The notes under the pieces are model-generated. The model saw only the letters and a list, made by a program, of their open reading frames with translations. It was not told the origin of the DNA and searched no databases. From Candidatus Moanibacter sp. (lineage in GTDB: Bacteria > Verrucomicrobiota > Verrucomicrobiia > Opitutales > UBA2987), in assembly GCA_965215885.1 (NCBI GenBank), contig CBDCEW010000093.1, positions 1 through 64,000 of the forward strand: 64,000 nt of DNA, given 5' to 3'. A program made the position numbers and the translations under genes. Within the stretch, counting starts at the first letter, position 1; each line of letters starts with the position of its first letter. Positions 11,670 through 22,077 of the stretch are shown piece by piece.

Positions 11670-12083
11670 TACGACTTCGGTATAACCGCTTAAAGTTTAT
11701 CTAATTATGAAAAGGGACGGATCTACGAGAGCAACATTTTACCTTCCCGACATAGAGCGAAGTTCTAAAATGTATTCATCAATAAGTCTTTACAAGAAAA
11801 AAATACTCCCCCGATATTTTGATAATAGACTATCAATTAGCATTTTAGGTAACGAGGAGAAGGGAGGCAAATTTGAAGACAACCTCTCTCGACCATCCGG
11901 GATAACGTTGGGGCAGGATGGGAAAAAAGAACGGATAAGATTTAGATGTCTCGGCCTTCAAGTAGGGATGCTAACCCCAAGTCCGCTTCTTGTGTCTATT
12001 TGACTTGGAGCGCTTCCTCCTTTTGTGTTTGGCAATTTTACGCGCCCGTTTCTTCCTGAGATTTCCCATAAAAGCGATCCGAA

Positions 12084-12344
12084 TTATCTGACAAGAAAGC
12101 GGGCAAACTCCGACTTATGGCGATTTGCCTTGTTAGGATGAATGATCCGACGTTTGGCGGCCTTATCGAGTGCCGATGCAAACCGCTGGACGGCCGCCCT
12201 GATTTCATCGCCCTTCTCACCATTTGCCACAGCCTCATCGAGGCTCCTACGCACGGTTTTCAGCTCGCTTCGAACCTGCCGGGTGCGAGCCGTGCGTTTT
12301 ATGATGCGCCGTATGTCCTTTACCGATGACTTGAGATTTGCCAT
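12084..12344 (-). CDS. rpsT: 30S ribosomal protein S20
   Basis: [13 protein letters not shown]...RSELKT...[20 protein letters not shown], 86 aa. Confidence 0.97.
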   Translation of the reverse strand: MANLKSSVKDIRRIIKRTARTRQVRSELKTVRRSLDEAVANGEKGDEIRAAVQRFASALDKAAKRRIIHPNKANRHKSEFARFLVR

Positions 12345-12375
12345 GTCTGCCTCTAAACAGCTGCAGAAAACGGGG

Positions 12376-12404
12376 AGAGTGGGATTCCGTATTCCCAATG
12401 TCAA
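12376..12404 (-). promoter_or_regulatory. Putative sigma70 promoter of rpsT
   Basis: TTGACA-17 bp-CACTCT about 30 bp upstream of the ATG. The -10 match is weak. Confidence 0.4.
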
Positions 12405-12431
12405 ACCCGAATTTGTACGGAATAAACCGGC

Positions 12432-12882
12432 TTTCAGGGAGGAGTAAGCCGGATTCTGTTACCCTCGTGAAGAGGGCGCATTTATTTATCTATCGCGCCG
12501 AAGCAGCGATTCCCGACAAATCGGGATGCGACACACCCGAGACCATTGCAGGCGGGCCACCCGGTCTCCTATTTGTCTTGCACCGGGTTGGGTTTGTCGT
12601 GCCCCCTCCGTTACCTTCGGGGCGGTGAGCTCTTACCTCACCTTTTCACCCTTACCCCACTTCGCCATCTGCTTCCTGGGGTGTGCCTGCCTCGCATTAT
12701 CTGGAGGCGGGCGGCGCCCGCCGAAGCCTTGGCGGAAGCGGGGCGGTATATTTTCTGCGACACTTTCCGTCACTCGGCATGTAAACACCGAATGCCCCCG
12801 TTTTCACGGGGAACCCTGCCCTCTGGTGTCCGGACTTTCCTCTCTACTCTCATAGAACAGAACAAATGCACTCTCCCTGAAA
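12432..12882 (-). ncRNA. rnpB: RNase P RNA (type A) with enlarged P12
   Basis: Minus strand has GAGGAAAGTCC, GGAAAGTG..CAGAAAA.A.ACCGCC, GGTAAGGGTGAAA.GGTG.GGTAAGAGC.CACCG and ACAGAA.CCGGCTTA. The P1 arms TTTCAGGGAG / CTCCCTGAAA pair. Confidence 0.97.
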
Positions 12883-12945
12883 AACCGGTAAGAGCACAAC
12901 AAACTAGATTCAATTGGCTGTCTTTATCAAGTTCAAAACTTCTCC

Positions 12946-13650
12946 CTAGTCGTAAAGAATGCGGCCGCAATTATGGCAACGGGTCAACTCCTTGGATTTT
13001 CGCGTCGCCACTTCGATATCGGTTGGAAGCTTGATATGACAACCCGTGCACATGTGTTCTACAATCCGGACAACAAGCGGAAAGCGTTTCGTCTGTTTCT
13101 TAACATAGTGATATATCCTGGACTCACCATCCTGGAGCCGCTTGACGGCCTCTTTCACCGCCATCTCGGCCTCCCCCAGTTCTCCCTCAAATTCCTTTCG
13201 GTGCTCTCCTCGCTGATCGATGTGCCGCCGAAACTCCTCGATTCTCTGTCGTCTCTCGATCTCATCCAATTGAGCGCTCTCCCTCGCCTCGTCGATCTCA
13301 ATCATCAAAGCGATCTCCTCGTCTTCCAGATCACTGATCTTCGACGACATGGTATCGATTTCGTTTTGAAGGGCTTGATACTCCTCGTTCTTTTTAACCA
13401 AAAGCTGCTGATTCTTATATCGGATGATCTGTTCCTCCGCCGCTGCTACCTCGTTATCGAATTCTCTTCTCCGCACTTCCAGATCCATTATTGAGGAGCT
13501 CTTCTGATCGATCGAATGCTCGTCCTTTTTGATCTTCTTCTCATAGTCCTCAATCTCGAGAGGAATACGCCGGAGCTGATCCTTTATTCTGTCACATCTC
13601 GCATCGCATTCCTGAAGGTAGAGGAGTTTCTCGATCGACGGGTCAGACAT
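12946..13650 (-). CDS. Coiled-coil protein with C-terminal C4 zinc ribbon (DUF164/CT398-like)
   Basis: L..LQ..D start, long coiled coil with KNEEYQAL..EI, and C-terminal CTGCH...CHNCGRILY. Start chosen at MSDPSIEK. Confidence 0.9.
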   Translation of the reverse strand: MSDPSIEKLLYLQECDARCDRIKDQLRRIPLEIEDYEKKIKKDEHSIDQKSSSIMDLEVRRREFDNEVAAAEEQIIRYKNQQLLVKKNEEYQALQNEIDTMSSKISDLEDEEIALMIEIDEARESAQLDEIERRQRIEEFRRHIDQRGEHRKEFEGELGEAEMAVKEAVKRLQDGESRIYHYVKKQTKRFPLVVRIVEHMCTGCHIKLPTDIEVATRKSKELTRCHNCGRILYD

Positions 13651-13792
13651 GAGTTTTAGTTCATGGTTGGACCTATTTAAATGGCAACACAAAAGACAGT
13701 TCGACTTTCGCGCCAACCGGTTTATCGTATCCGGTCTCATAGAAGTGCTGCCTCAGTGTAATTTCCTTTAGGTGACACTGTCCTGGGAATTC

Positions 13793-15850
13793 ATGATAAG
13801 CCTGAGAGAGACGATCCACTCCGAACACGAATCCGATCCCACCCTCGATCGGACGGAAGAGATTTTTTGCGAAAGAGGATTGCTCGTCTCCAATCTGAAA
13901 TTGGAACACCGCCCGGAGCAGGAACAAATGGCATTGGCGAGCGCTCAGGCCTTCAAACTCGCTCATCCGCTATTGTTCGAAGGCGGCACCGGAGTTGGGA
14001 AGAGCCTGGCTTACCTGATTCCGGCGATAATAAGCGCGGTCGAGTCAAAACGGCAGTGCCTTGTTTCTACGCACACCATCTCGCTACAGGAACAGATTCA
14101 GGAGAAAGACCTACCCCTTTGCCGCACCCTTTTGAGTTCTACGCCGAGCCTGAACAAATACGCCGGCTTTAGATTCGCTCTCCTCGTAGGTCGGGGTAAT
14201 TACCTCTGCACCACCCGGCTCGCCCGCGCCCTCGAGACGAAACTGGAACTCTTCCATTCCGTCGAACAGGACGAACTCCGACGCATCGCGGATTGGGCCA
14301 ACGACACGAAAACCGGTCTGCTGCACGATCTCAATCCACCACCACCCGGACAGGTCTGGCAATGGGTCAACGCGGATGCGAGAGCCTGTAATCGGCGCAA
14401 CTGCAATCCCACATTCTGTTTCTTCCAGCGCGCGCGCGCGCGATTACGCAAAGCCCATCTCATTGTCCTCAATCACAGTCTCCTCTTCTCTCTCATGAAC
14501 ACCGCCTCCGCCCCGCAAGGCGACACACCGGGACTGCTTTTCCCGAATGATTTTGCTGTTCTCGACGAGGGTCATACCGTTCCCTCAGTCGCCACCGAGC
14601 AATTCGGTCACCGCATCAGTTCCTACGGCATCGACCGTCTCCTAAAACGCCTTTACAACCCCCGAAACAACAAGGGCATATTTACCCTCCACGGATCCGA
14701 GAAGGATTGCCGTGCCGTGGAAAAAGCGATCAGAAAAGCGGAGGAGTTCTTCTCTTCCATACGTCACGAGTTACTGTGCAATCAGGACGTTGCGCGCGTT
14801 TACCGACAAGGGTGGTGCGAACCTATTCTAAACCCCTCCCTAGGCAAACTCGTTACACGCCTCTCCGAAAGCGCCAACAAGATCGAGGATGAGCAGGAGC
14901 GCGAGGAGCTTCTCGATCTGAGGCAGCAGTTGAGCGGCTATCAGCACGGCATTAACGAGTGCATCACTCTCGATCATGAGGGTCAGGTTTATTGGGTTGA
15001 GCGCAGTGGTCGTCAAGGCAGGAACGTCACTCTTCGCACTGCCCCGATAGATGTGGCGCCTCACCTTCGCGAGCGCCTCTTTCTTCGCAAAACCGCCGTC
15101 CTGGTGACCAGCGCGACTCTGGCCGAAGGTCCCCGATTCGACGGCTTCTCAGAGAGAATCGGCGCAACCGGCTTTCCCGCCGAACAGGTCCGTTCCCCCT
15201 TTGATTTTGCAAATCAGATGCGAGTATTCTGCGCCGGCGATGCGCCCCCTCCCACCCGTGAAAACTCGTCACTCCACCTCGAATACCTCTCCGAGATGAT
15301 CACATTCTGCTCCCTGCGCGTGCGCGGAGGCAGCCTCGTGCTTTTCACCAGCTATACGGATATGCACGGTGTGGCGCGCCTCGTGGAAAACGCCCTCACC
15401 ACCGCTGGCAGGACCTTACTTATGCAGGGGCGGGATGGCTCGCGCACCCGCATAGCGACCCGGTTCGCTTCCCTCGGGAATGCTGCACTCTTTGGTACGG
15501 ACAGCTTCTGGGCCGGCGTCGATGTGCCCGGCCCCGCCCTCTCCCAGGTCATAATAACACGGCTTCCTTTCGAGAATCCCAATCACCCTATCGTGGAGGC
15601 GAGAGGGGAATGGATAAGGTCACACGGAGGTAACCCCTTTACCGAAATGACTCTGCCCGACGCCGTCCTGAAATTGCGACAAGGTGTGGGCAGGCTCATT
15701 CGCAAAATCTCAGATAAAGGAAACATTACAATCCTCGACTCACGTATCTTAACACGCGAATACGGTCGCCGTTTTCTCGATATGCTGCCAGTGAGAGAGT
15801 TCACACGATTCAGCCGGTCAGATCGATCAACACACTTCCTTCCCCTTTAG
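13793..15850 (+). CDS. DinG/YoaA-family ATP-dependent DNA helicase
   Basis: R.EQEQM Q-motif, EGGTGVGKSLAY, GRGNYLC Fe-S cysteines, DEGH, TSATL, LFTSY, FWAGVDVPG, QGVGRLIR. Confidence 0.93.
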   Translation: MISLRETIHSEHESDPTLDRTEEIFCERGLLVSNLKLEHRPEQEQMALASAQAFKLAHPLLFEGGTGVGKSLAYLIPAIISAVESKRQCLVSTHTISLQEQIQEKDLPLCRTLLSSTPSLNKYAGFRFALLVGRGNYLCTTRLARALETKLELFHSVEQDELRRIADWANDTKTGLLHDLNPPPPGQVWQWVNADARACNRRNCNPTFCFFQRARARLRKAHLIVLNHSLLFSLMNTASAPQGDTPGLLFPNDFAVLDEGHTVPSVATEQFGHRISSYGIDRLLKRLYNPRNNKGIFTLHGSEKDCRAVEKAIRKAEEFFSSIRHELLCNQDVARVYRQGWCEPILNPSLGKLVTRLSESANKIEDEQEREELLDLRQQLSGYQHGINECITLDHEGQVYWVERSGRQGRNVTLRTAPIDVAPHLRERLFLRKTAVLVTSATLAEGPRFDGFSERIGATGFPAEQVRSPFDFANQMRVFCAGDAPPPTRENSSLHLEYLSEMITFCSLRVRGGSLVLFTSYTDMHGVARLVENALTTAGRTLLMQGRDGSRTRIATRFASLGNAALFGTDSFWAGVDVPGPALSQVIITRLPFENPNHPIVEARGEWIRSHGGNPFTEMTLPDAVLKLRQGVGRLIRKISDKGNITILDSRILTREYGRRFLDMLPVREFTRFSRSDRSTHFLPL

Positions 15851-16132
15851 GATTGAGGTTTGTTAAGAATACCTTATTGTGAATCAGAAAGAATGGTGAT
15901 GGCACCCTGAATTCGGGTTCTCCATCCTAAGAAACATGCTACTTACCTCCAGGACTCTGTCGGGGCAGATCGTCAATATAGGGCAGTGTCTCCGCAAATC
16001 ATACGAATTCCGCTTTCAAAGAGGCCTACTTTCAGTTTATTCGTAAGGGCGCTTATGCAGGAAGAAGGGCAGATAGAAGGTTCGGAATTGGATGCGGGTA
16101 GAGGCAGCTTCACCTCTCCCTCCACCATTGCC

Positions 16133-16846
16133 ATGAATATTTCGACCTGCGGCCTAACAGATAGAGGCATAGTTAGACAGATTAACGAGGATATGCTTCT
16201 CGTCAATGATGAGCGTCAGATCTATGCCGTGGCCGACGGATTGGGAGGCCTTCCCGAGGGCGCCCTGGCCAGCAATCTCGCCATTTCCCATCTCGAAGAG
16301 GCGATCTCGGATAATCATCACGTTGCGCAGCTCGACTACGAGAGGCTGTTTAATTATCTTAATCACATTGTTTACGAAGAAGGCAGGAAAGTGAGCCAGG
16401 AGATCGGCATTGGATCAACCCTCACCGTCCTTCATCTCAATGGCGACACTGCCACTATCGGGCACGTCGGCGACTGTGCTGTATATCTTTTCCGAGACGG
16501 ACAATCCGAGAAATTGACTACCGATCACACCATGGCGGCAGAGATGCGTTCCCGCCTGGGGCCAAACGAGGCTGTTTACATACCCGAATATTTTTCTCAT
16601 ACCCTCACGCGGTGTTTGGGACAGCAGGGAACTATTGAAGTCGACGTTTACGAATGCAAGTTGCTCAACGGAGATCGGATTCTCATCTGTAGCGACGGCG
16701 TCACAAAAACTCAGTCCGAAGAGGAGCTTCTCGAAGAGGCCTCCAAAGCCGAAACTCCAGAAGCATGCACACGGCAAATTATCGATCTCTCGAATGAACG
16801 AGGGGGGCCCGACAATTCGACCGCGATCGCGATTTTCGTCGACTAG
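16133..16846 (+). CDS. PP2C-family Ser/Thr protein phosphatase
   Basis: TDRG.VR..NED, VADGLGG, GSTLT, HVGD, LTRCLG, CSDG, GGPDN. Confidence 0.93.
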   Translation: MNISTCGLTDRGIVRQINEDMLLVNDERQIYAVADGLGGLPEGALASNLAISHLEEAISDNHHVAQLDYERLFNYLNHIVYEEGRKVSQEIGIGSTLTVLHLNGDTATIGHVGDCAVYLFRDGQSEKLTTDHTMAAEMRSRLGPNEAVYIPEYFSHTLTRCLGQQGTIEVDVYECKLLNGDRILICSDGVTKTQSEEELLEEASKAETPEACTRQIIDLSNERGGPDNSTAIAIFVD

Positions 16847-16941
16847 GAATTTGTCGGGCGAGCTTTCAAAACATCCCTGAGGTACGGATTCTTGGGCGAG
16901 GGATCGAGATTCCGACGGAGTTGGGACCGACAGTTTCCTAG
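16843..16941. mobile_element. ~98-bp MITE-like element (family S), copy 1
   Basis: CTAG-GAATTTGTCGG...CCGACAGTTTC-CTAG fills the gap between two convergent TAG stops. Homologues at 22078 and 50458. Confidence 0.7.
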
Positions 16942-17879
16942 CGCCAGAGGTATTCCGGATACAGCCTCTTCCTGACTTCCTCGTTGATGTGCGCTTTGAC
17001 TTCTTCGACATCGTCACGGTATGTAATTCCCCGCCATTTCTCCGTCGTGATCAGAACCCGGGTGCGTGCCAGACCGCGGCGCACAGCCTCATCCACAGCA
17101 GTGGGGAGAAAGAATTCCGCTTCTTCATCGTCTCGGAATTCATTCAAAAAGGCAATGAATAGGCCCTCCAGAATATTGAGCACCTCCGGCCCGAAACCGA
17201 AAAGATTCATCGACACTGTCTCATCCCCATTTAAAGAATGGGAAGTTCCGTCGGTGTCTTCCCATTCCACGCCACTGCCGTCCGTCCTCCGTATTTTTTC
17301 TCGTTCCTTTATGTTCAGCAGAAATCCGTCGCTATCGACTTCACATATCCCCCGGGAAACGGGACCATGATCGGAAAGGGTGTTGTTCAAATCATAGCCC
17401 AGGAGGCTCCAATGAGGAATTGAATTCTCTGTCAACCGGCTGAGATTTTCGCCCAGAATCGAAAATGCGCTCGGTCCATAATAGTCGTCCGCATTTATTA
17501 CGGCAAAAGGACCCGCCAGAGCCGGCTGCGCCACCCACACGGCGTGCCCCGTCCCCCACGGCTTTGTGCGCGAGCTATCGAGGGTAAATCCGGAAGGTAA
17601 TGTATTTAACTCCTGCCGCACGAAGCGAACTTCGATTCTCTCCTCCAGTTTCGAAGTCAACCTACTTCGGATTTCCTCTTCAATGGCGCTCCCAACAATA
17701 AATACTACCTTCCCGAAGCCCGCCTGTATCGCATCATACACTGAATACTCCAGAATCGTCTCTCCCGAGGGGCCGACCTCCTTCAATTGTTTGTAGCCGC
17801 CATACCTTTTACCCACCCCACCTGCCAGAACAACCAACGCCGGTCTCATATTGCTCTTCAGATAGTCGCTCCCCGCCAT
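16938..17879 (-). CDS. Sugar-phosphate nucleotidyltransferase (NTP_transferase family)
   Basis: LAGG.G.RYGG.KQ, RTKPWGTGHA, INADDYYG, VSMN, EFFLP, W.GITY..D. Confidence 0.92.
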   Translation of the reverse strand: MAGSDYLKSNMRPALVVLAGGVGKRYGGYKQLKEVGPSGETILEYSVYDAIQAGFGKVVFIVGSAIEEEIRSRLTSKLEERIEVRFVRQELNTLPSGFTLDSSRTKPWGTGHAVWVAQPALAGPFAVINADDYYGPSAFSILGENLSRLTENSIPHWSLLGYDLNNTLSDHGPVSRGICEVDSDGFLLNIKEREKIRRTDGSGVEWEDTDGTSHSLNGDETVSMNLFGFGPEVLNILEGLFIAFLNEFRDDEEAEFFLPTAVDEAVRRGLARTRVLITTEKWRGITYRDDVEEVKAHINEEVRKRLYPEYLWR

Positions 17880-18127
17880 ATGGCAATCTTATCCAGAATT
17901 TCTGAATAAAATACTTGCACTATGTCACGGATTAACCACTCTTACCCTTTGTCGGTGTTTTGCATATTGGGGAAAGGCGTCGTGGCCGATTCGGTCGTGG
18001 CGCCTTTCTGCTTACGCAACTCTCGTAGAAAGTTTCGCTCGGGCTTCTCCTGTTTTCAAGTACTCCTGCCCAAACAGCGCAATACTCCATTTTCCCGGCG
18101 ACCGCTCTCTACTGGATAAGTAGGGTC

Positions 18128-18808
18128 TTGATCGTTGGAAAACACACAAAGGCACAATTCGACTATGACAGCATCCCTGCTGGTTACTACGACAGGATTT
18201 TCGGAAAAAACAGGGGTATCCGAAGTAAGTGGCATCACCTGGAATTCAATCTCATTCTAGAATCTTTCGGTGACCTGTCACCTATTCTCGATATCGGCTG
18301 CGGTCCCGGCTCGATGCTTGGAATGGTGGATGGTCGGCTAAGGTGCTTTGGCGTCGATACGTCGATATCTCAGATTGAGTACGCCACAAGCACCTACGGA
18401 AGTGCCCAGCGGACCTTTCAAAAGATTGACGGTCCTACGCTCCCATTTGACGATGCAACGTTTGCCGTTGCCTCGCTGGTCGAAGTAATTGAACACCTAA
18501 CCCCTGAACAGGCACATGAACTCCTCGAGGAAGCGAAACGAGTCCTTCGTCCGCGTGGAAAACTCCTGATTACTACACCCAATTATCGCAGCTTATGGCT
18601 ATTCCTCGAGTTTCTCGTCAATCGAGTCAGCGAAGTCACCTATGAGGAGCAACACATCCTCTACTTTACCCGTGATAAGCTTTTCGCGTTCCTGGCGGCG
18701 GAGGGTTTCTCCTCGGTCTCCGTTGAATCGTTCATGTTCACAGCTCCTTTTCTTGCCTGTTTGAGCTGGAAACTATCCGACGCGTGCAACCAGTGGGAAC
18801 GCAGATGA
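18128..18808 (+). CDS. Class I SAM-dependent methyltransferase (possibly a premature TGA; frame continues to 18868)
   Basis: LDIGCGPG, LPFDDATF, EVIEHL, RVLRPRG.LLITTPN. Confidence 0.85.
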   Translation: MIVGKHTKAQFDYDSIPAGYYDRIFGKNRGIRSKWHHLEFNLILESFGDLSPILDIGCGPGSMLGMVDGRLRCFGVDTSISQIEYATSTYGSAQRTFQKIDGPTLPFDDATFAVASLVEVIEHLTPEQAHELLEEAKRVLRPRGKLLITTPNYRSLWLFLEFLVNRVSEVTYEEQHILYFTRDKLFAFLAAEGFSSVSVESFMFTAPFLACLSWKLSDACNQWERR

Positions 18809-19608
18809 ATACCGAAACGCTGGGGATTTCTCCTATTCGCTAAGGCACAGCGTCCGGATGACTCTTGAAACCCCGATTGGTGTCCTGAGTTTCTATCAAG
18901 CGAGGATTCTTCGAGTCGACTCGAGGGAATCCGTCGAACTTGCTTGATCGAATGGAGGCAATTCGAAATCGTTCGATATTAATCATACCAACCTTCAATG
19001 AGGCGAGTAGTCTCGAGATTCTGTTAAAGGAAGTCTTTAGCTTACCACTCGTTGATTTAGACGTCATTGTAATTGATGATAATTCACCGGACGGGACCGC
19101 CGAAGTGGTATTGAGACATAAAGAATACAGGAGCAGGCTTTTTCTCATATCAAGGATCAGAAAATCAGGATACGCCAGCGCCGTAAAAGAGGGTATTCTC
19201 TGGGGTTTGGATAAGGGATATGACGGTTTTGTGCAGATGGATGCTGATCGTTCTCACGACCCGCAGGATATCGGAGCCCTTTTATCCTGCCTCAAGGATA
19301 ACGCCGATTCTGTCGTTGGGTCGCGCTATCTCGGTGGTATCAGAGTGATTAACTGGCCCTTTTATCGTCTCCTTTTAAGTATTGGCGCGGGGATTTATAC
19401 TCGCCTGCTCACCGGTATGCCTTTATCGGATCCGACCAGCGGATTTCGGGCCTTCAAGAGAATAGTATTGGAGGAACTTGATTGGACTCGTATTGAAAGC
19501 GATGGATACGGTTTTATTATCGAAACCAATTTCTACGCATATCTTGCAGGGTTCTGTTTTCAGGAGATACCGATCGTCTTTACCGATAGAGTAGGCGGTA
19601 AATCCAAG

Positions 19609-21985
19609 CTCAGAACTCGCTATCATGCGGGTTGGCGGGCAGGGGGCAATCGCAGATACAATTCCCGGCTTTTAAGAGCTAAAGAAAACGGTAGGCTTCA
19701 TCTTCGAACCATCAAATTCGAAGAAAAATGGAGAAACCTACCGTCAAAGAAGAGACCTTCTTACAGTGCATCCTTGGAGTGGACAAGGGTAATCCCTCGA
19801 TCACGGTCTATCGGGATCTGAGCGAAGGCAAACTGCACGTCTATTACGGGCATGAGCTTTTTGAAGTCGTAGAGGACGATCGGGAGCAAGTTGAATTCAA
19901 GCTATTGGTGGGGCGCCTCTACAATGCGGGGTTGAAGAAAGGGCGCTTAGAGAAGCAATTTGAGGTTGACCCCAAAACGATGAAGCGGTGGGGGGAGGCG
20001 CTTCAAAGCGGAGATGCCGAGACCTTAGCGCGAGTGCTGGCGGGACGCAGCGCTCATCGCAAATTGACGAGGGAAATCCGGAGTTTTGGGCGGGTGCGCT
20101 TCGGGCAGATCTATGGGGAGAGTCGGTATGGCTACAGCAAGAAGATACGGGGGGAGATCGAGGAGGTGTTCGGAGTTAACCTCAGTGGGGAAACTTTGCG
20201 CCCTGTCTTTAAGGAGCTTAAAGAGGCCCGGGCAAAGGAGGCCGAAGCCGAGAGGGCGCAAAATCGGGAGACTCCCTGGGATTGCCCGGAGGACTCGGGG
20301 AGGGACGAACAGGAGCAAGAAGCAGAAAATAGCCCCGAAAGCGAAGGGGACAATCGCAAGGAGTCTCCCGATTTTTCGAGGGAGAGCTCCGAAGCGGTGC
20401 AATGGTATCGGCACCTGGGAGTACTTCTGTTCAGTGCCGCGCTCAGAGAAGTCGCTCAGATTGATCGCGAAGAGGGCTGGCTTTTGAAACAATGGGTGGC
20501 TTGCGGGTTGTTGGCCGCGGTCAATATCGAGCAGAGCAAACTGCTCGATCTCGAAGACCTGCAAAAACTCATCGGGCGAGTCCTGTATACCCCCTATCTG
20601 CAACGCCAAAGCCTTAGCGCCCTGGCCGATGAAGGGCTTTTAAGAGAGATCCTCAGAGTGAACGCGAGGGGCCTGAATGCTTCGGATGAAGAGAGCTTTT
20701 ATTATGATCCGCACACCAAACATTACACCGGAATGAGCAAGGTGCTGGCGGGATGGTGTCCGGGTATCCGTCTGGCCGACAAAGCGCTCCACAGCGATTT
20801 TATTCATACCCTCAAGGGCTATCCGATCTATTTTGCGAGTACCGACAACTATGAGGATATAAGGGAACGGTTCATCCCCAACTGCGAAGCGATGCTCGAG
20901 CTGGTGCAGTTGCCGGCTGATAAGAAGGTGAGCATTTACGTGGACCGGGCGATCGCCGCGGAGTGGTTTTACGAAGCCATCGTGGAGCATCCTCAACTCG
21001 AAATCATTACCTGGGAAAAAGGTTACAAGGCCAGCGCCCAGCCCCTCCAACGGATCGACGGGCAGTTGCGCCTGCAGCGCGCGCGCAACCATGCCGAAGA
21101 TCTCCAGGAGTATCATCTTCGCTATCAGCGGGGCCCCTGGAAGAAAAATCCTCAACTGGTGCAGTGGATCGTGGAGGCGACCAATCCAAAAAATCGAACC
21201 ATTACCGTGAGCATCCTGGCGACCGATCAGCAGGCCCGAAATGAAGAGGTAATCAAAGGGATGTTCAGTCGCTGGATTCAGGAGAATGACTTCAAATACC
21301 TCGATAAGCACTTTGGGATTAATCAGATCACCTCTTATCGCACCGTCCACTACAAGCGATTAGCCCAACACCTTGAGGACAAGCAGGAGAAAAGCGGTGC
21401 CGCCAAAGCCCTCCTGAAGCAAAAACAGCAATGCACCGAAGAATTGAAAAGACTGCTCCTGGCCGAGCATGCCCACCCGGGCAAAAGCGCCTCAAGGGGC
21501 GAAAAGATCCGTCGACTCGATCAGGCCCTCAAAGCCCTCCAACTCGAACTGGAGCAAATCGACACCGAATGCTCGAGGCTGCAGCGCCTCATTGATGAAA
21601 ACTATGTCCGCCTGGACACCGCTAACAAGTCCCTCATGGATGCCTTGAAAATCTTCGCCCGTAACAGCTTCTACAAGCAGCTCGAACCCTTTAAAGCTCG
21701 CTACAACAACTATCGTGACGACCACGATCTGTTTCGCAATTTGACTCACAGTGACGGCGTTCTTATAGAGAGGGGCTGTGCGGTCGAAGCGCATTTATTC
21801 CCCACCGCAACTTATCCCCCTCGGGTGCAGGCGGTGGTGCTTGAGTATCTGCAAACTCTCAATGAGAAGCCCTTACTGATGCCCGACGGTTCAGGCCGAA
21901 GAATCATCTTCCGACTGGGCAAAAAATCGGGATTTAAACTTGCGATTGCATAGTGCCTTTAGAGGGGCAATATAGTGAGGTCTGA
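19609..21985 (+). mobile_element. 2377-bp insertion sequence of unclear family with 3-bp target duplication (AGC)
   Basis: Imperfect terminal inverted repeats TCAGAACTCGCTATCATGC vs TCAGACCTCACTATATTGC (15/19). AGC at 19606-19608 and 21986-21988. Excision restores the host frame. Confidence 0.9.
19728..21953 (+). CDS. Large (741 aa) putative DDE transposase
   Basis: Only long ORF within the inverted repeats. N-terminal HTH-like region, YYDPH, VDR and RW.QEN.FKY motifs, and a C-terminal coiled coil. Confidence 0.85.
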   Translation: MEKPTVKEETFLQCILGVDKGNPSITVYRDLSEGKLHVYYGHELFEVVEDDREQVEFKLLVGRLYNAGLKKGRLEKQFEVDPKTMKRWGEALQSGDAETLARVLAGRSAHRKLTREIRSFGRVRFGQIYGESRYGYSKKIRGEIEEVFGVNLSGETLRPVFKELKEARAKEAEAERAQNRETPWDCPEDSGRDEQEQEAENSPESEGDNRKESPDFSRESSEAVQWYRHLGVLLFSAALREVAQIDREEGWLLKQWVACGLLAAVNIEQSKLLDLEDLQKLIGRVLYTPYLQRQSLSALADEGLLREILRVNARGLNASDEESFYYDPHTKHYTGMSKVLAGWCPGIRLADKALHSDFIHTLKGYPIYFASTDNYEDIRERFIPNCEAMLELVQLPADKKVSIYVDRAIAAEWFYEAIVEHPQLEIITWEKGYKASAQPLQRIDGQLRLQRARNHAEDLQEYHLRYQRGPWKKNPQLVQWIVEATNPKNRTITVSILATDQQARNEEVIKGMFSRWIQENDFKYLDKHFGINQITSYRTVHYKRLAQHLEDKQEKSGAAKALLKQKQQCTEELKRLLLAEHAHPGKSASRGEKIRRLDQALKALQLELEQIDTECSRLQRLIDENYVRLDTANKSLMDALKIFARNSFYKQLEPFKARYNNYRDDHDLFRNLTHSDGVLIERGCAVEAHLFPTATYPPRVQAVVLEYLQTLNEKPLLMPDGSGRRIIFRLGKKSGFKLAIA

Positions 21986-22077
21986 AGCTCTCTCTCGCGA
22001 TCGCCCTTGAGTCAGCTCTCAGGGTTCCTCAGTTATTCTTCGTTCGCCTTTTTCGAAGAAGAAAAAAGAGGAGGGTG

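Noticed and set aside
11707..12003. 98-aa ORF between the pilM-like gene and rpsT
   Set aside because: AT-rich, with no recognisable motif. Probably promoter or intergenic DNA.
12526..13034. Plus-strand ORFs of 109 and 162 aa
   Set aside because: They are antisense to rnpB.
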